Assembly: GCA_002499405.1 (NCBI GenBank)
Contig: DALH01000018.1
Coordinates: forward strand, 1-39,013
DNA length: 39,013 nt
Origin: Candidatus Micrarchaeota archaeon UBA95
GTDB lineage: Archaea; Micrarchaeota; Micrarchaeia; Norongarragalinales; Norongarragalinaceae
Direction: 5' to 3'
A model generated the notes under the pieces. The model saw only the letters and a program-made list of their open reading frames with translations. It was not told where the DNA came from and did no database searches. A program made the position numbers and the translations under genes. Positions 36,375 to 39,013 of this stretch are shown piece by piece (within the stretch, counting starts at the first letter, position 1; each line of letters opens with the position of its first letter).

Positions 36375-37552
36375 GAACGGATTTTGATGCAATAGTTGTC
36401 GGGGGCGGCCCCGCGGGAACGAGTTTCGCGAGGAAGGCGGCCGAAGGAGGCATGAACGTTCTGGTCATCGAGAAAAAAAAGGACTTCGGGGTCCCAGTGC
36501 GTTGCGGCGAAGGGTTCAGCGAGCGCTGGAATCAGGTCCTTGAAATGAACGTTTCGGACGCGGACTTGGGCGCGCGCATGAAGGGCGCTGCAGTGTTCGC
36601 CCCGAATGGAAAAAAAATAGTTTTGGTTAACGACCAGACCACGGGATACGTTTTGGAACGCAAGATGTTTGACAAGCGCCTGGCCTTGGAGGCGGGGCGC
36701 GCCGGCGCAACGCTTCTCCCCAAGTCGCTGGCAATCGGCCTCGTAAAAGAAGGCAATAAAACCACGGGGCTCAGGGCGCTCCACGAAGGGGTTGAAAAGG
36801 TTTTCAAGGCGCCCCTCATCGTTTCCGCCGAAGGCATGGAGGCGAAAATCGCGCGCGAGGCGGGTTTTGACTGCAAGTACGACCCTTACGACGTTGATGC
36901 GTGCGTGGAGTACGAGATGGTGGGCGTGAAATGCGAGCCGTTGATAGCGTTATGGTTCGGCAACGAGATAGCGCCCCGCGGCTACGCGTGGGTTTTCCCG
37001 AAGGGCGTCGATTACGCCAACGTTGGAATAGGCGTGGGCGGTTCCACGGGCGCCGATCCGAAGAAGCTCCTCGACGACTTCATTGGGAACCACCCCGAAT
37101 TCTTCGGGGATGCAACCGTGGTGGAAGTCAAGGGCGGCGTCATAAGCGTGGGCGCGCCAATCAAGAAGATGACTTCGGACGGGTTCATGGTCATAGGGAC
37201 GGCCGCCCACCAGGTGGACCCGATTCACGGCGGCGGCATAGGCCTGGCAATTGAGGCGGGTCTGATAGCTGCAAAGCACGCGTTGAAGGCATTTGAATCC
37301 GGGGATTATTCGGATGCCGCGTTGTCGGGTTATGAAAAGGAGTGGCGCGGGCTGGAGGAAGAAAAGCTGGGGAAGCGCTTGAAGTTGCGCCACGTAATAG
37401 AAAAGTTGTCGGACGATGACTTCAATCACGTGTTCAATGAGACGCGGTCCAAGGACTTGGACGAGGTTTTGAACGGCCACTTCCAGGGGCTTGCCGCGCG
37501 AATAGTTTTGAAGAGACCGTCACTGTTAAAAGTTTTGAAGGTGTTGATATAA
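36371..37552 (+). CDS. Geranylgeranyl reductase (DGGGPL reductase family)
   Basis: GGGPAG, PVRCGEG, RKMFD, GYAWVFP, PIHGGGI. Coupled to the ferredoxin gene. Confidence 0.92.
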   Translation: MRTDFDAIVVGGGPAGTSFARKAAEGGMNVLVIEKKKDFGVPVRCGEGFSERWNQVLEMNVSDADLGARMKGAAVFAPNGKKIVLVNDQTTGYVLERKMFDKRLALEAGRAGATLLPKSLAIGLVKEGNKTTGLRALHEGVEKVFKAPLIVSAEGMEAKIAREAGFDCKYDPYDVDACVEYEMVGVKCEPLIALWFGNEIAPRGYAWVFPKGVDYANVGIGVGGSTGADPKKLLDDFIGNHPEFFGDATVVEVKGGVISVGAPIKKMTSDGFMVIGTAAHQVDPIHGGGIGLAIEAGLIAAKHALKAFESGDYSDAALSGYEKEWRGLEEEKLGKRLKLRHVIEKLSDDDFNHVFNETRSKDLDEVLNGHFQGLAARIVLKRPSLLKVLKVLI

Positions 37553-37554
37553 GC

Positions 37555-37728
37555 ATGGCAACTGAATTGACGAAGTACGAAACCGCAAGAATAGTTGGAG
37601 CGCGCGCCCTGCAGTTGGCGATGGGCGCGCCGCCTTTGATTGAGTTGCCGGAGGGCACGGTTGACCCCGTGAAACTCGCGAAACTGGAGTTTGAGAAGAA
37701 GGTAATTCCCCTTCAAGTCGCCAAATAA
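37555..37728 (+). CDS. rpoK: RNA polymerase subunit Rpo6 (K)
   Basis: Not in the ORF track. Manual translation MATELTKYETARIVGARALQLAMGAPPLI...AKLEFEKKVIPL. Confidence 0.95.
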   Translation: MATELTKYETARIVGARALQLAMGAPPLIELPEGTVDPVKLAKLEFEKKVIPLQVAK

Positions 37729-37729
37729 C

Positions 37730-38962
37730 TTATTCGTATCTTAGGGCGTCGACGGGTTTCATTGAAGCCGCCTGTTTTGCCGGCAGGACGCCGGAGACGC
37801 TGCCGATTATGAATGAGAACAGGAGCGCGCCGACCACGAGTTCCAGTGAAAACGACGCTTTCAGGAGTTCGGTGCCGAGGGCTTGTTCCGCCACGATTTC
37901 CGTGATTTTTCCGAGGCCCATGCCGAGCAGGACGCCGATGCCGCCGCCTACCACTCCCAGGAGGCCTGATTCTATCAGGAATATTGAGAGGATGTCGTTG
38001 TTGGAGGCACCTATTGCTTTCATGATTCCGATTTGCTTGGTCCTTTCAAGGACGGACGTGTACATAGTGTTCATTATGCCCACGCCGCCGACGAGGAGCG
38101 AGATGGCTGCGATTCCAACGAGCATCGCCTGCACCACGGCGAGCATTGAATTAAAGGTGTCAACCAACTGTTCGGACGTGAGCACGGAAAACGTTTCTTC
38201 GCCTTCCTCTTCGTGCCGGGTCTTCCTCAGTTTTTCCTCTATGCGTTCGGCTACCTCCGACGGATTCGAGCCGGGCGTGACTTGGGCGTAAATCATTGAC
38301 ACGGTTTCGGGTTCGTCAAACAGTTTTCGCCCTGCATCCAGCGTGATGTATACCGAGGAGTCCTCTTTGCGGTTGCCCATGCTTTCAAGTATGCCGACGA
38401 CCTGGAATTCCTTGTTCGAGATGGTGATTTTTGACCCGGTTCGCAAGTCCTTCTCGAACAACCCGTCGGCGGCATAACTGCCAATAAGCACCTTGTCGTC
38501 GTCCCCATCCCCGAGTTTGCGTCCTTGCGCCAGGTTTACTTGTTCCATGTCCTCGAATATTTTTTGGGTGCTGCCGGTGGGAATTGCTATGACGAACGAA
38601 ACCTTTTTTTCGGAGCGGTATTCAACGCCCGCGCGTTTGTAGAGCAGGCCGTCCACGAGTTTGACTCCCCGCACTTTCTCAAGGTTTTTCACGTCCTTCT
38701 CGGTCAGCGAGATGTCGCTCAGTCCTCCCATGGAGGACATCATATCGCCCATTCCACCGGCGCCCGCCATAATGGTTATTTTGTCGCTCCCCATTTTCTC
38801 GAATTCGCCGACAACCGCTTTTTGCAGGCCGTCGCCGATGCTTATCAAGCCCACTACCGCTGCTATGCCGATGAATATGCCTACCATGGTGAGCAGGGAG
38901 CGGGTGCGGCGGTGCGCGAGGTTGCCGATGGCTATGCGGAAGTAATCCGTTAACTGGGTCAC
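37730..38962 (-). CDS. ABC transporter permease (MacB/FtsX family)
   Basis: RSLLTMVGIFIG, SLLVGGVGIMNTM..SVLERTKQIG.MKAIGA, PVDALRYE. Confidence 0.93.
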   Translation of the reverse strand: MTQLTDYFRIAIGNLAHRRTRSLLTMVGIFIGIAAVVGLISIGDGLQKAVVGEFEKMGSDKITIMAGAGGMGDMMSSMGGLSDISLTEKDVKNLEKVRGVKLVDGLLYKRAGVEYRSEKKVSFVIAIPTGSTQKIFEDMEQVNLAQGRKLGDGDDDKVLIGSYAADGLFEKDLRTGSKITISNKEFQVVGILESMGNRKEDSSVYITLDAGRKLFDEPETVSMIYAQVTPGSNPSEVAERIEEKLRKTRHEEEGEETFSVLTSEQLVDTFNSMLAVVQAMLVGIAAISLLVGGVGIMNTMYTSVLERTKQIGIMKAIGASNNDILSIFLIESGLLGVVGGGIGVLLGMGLGKITEIVAEQALGTELLKASFSLELVVGALLFSFIIGSVSGVLPAKQAASMKPVDALRYE

Positions 38963-39012
38963 TTCTTTTTGAACCTCTTGTGCAGCCAGTAAGCCGCGTA
39001 ACCAACTATAAG
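38959..39012 (-). CDS. 3' end of an upstream membrane-anchored protein (partial)
   Basis: ...LIVGYAAYWLHKRFKKK-stop, overlapping the permease start (GTGA). Confidence 0.55.
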   Translation of the reverse strand, partial: LIVGYAAYWLHKRFKKK

Positions 39013-39013
39013 G

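Overview
Compact archaeal chromosome segment (TFE, Rpo6, histone, RFC-L, CDC48, Trm56, DTD2, NreA, GGR). Gene style, pilin-like genes and a non-canonical tRNA intron suggest a DPANN lineage such as Micrarchaeota; this is inference. Most of the window is housekeeping. Three things stand out. (1) At 26.2-30.2 kb, a compact eukaryote-type ubiquitin-like conjugation cluster: a Ubl ending in GG, an E2/UBC, a JAMM protease, an E1, and a candidate E3 fusing a winged helix to a C4HC3 RING-like finger, plus uncharacterised partners. (2) Directly beside it at 24.4-25.9 kb, an AT-rich, mostly non-coding region with ORB-like motifs, a repeated CCTGCCC motif, two bracketing palindromes and an apparent GC-skew flip. 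This is a candidate replication origin with no adjacent canonical orc1/cdc6. (3) A tRNA-Lys(CTT) split by a 112-nt structured intron in the T-loop (59/60). Also present are tRNA-Cys, tRNA-iMet, a PadR-iscS-iscU unit and a six-gene pilin-like cluster. All calls come from reading motifs by eye; no searches were run.
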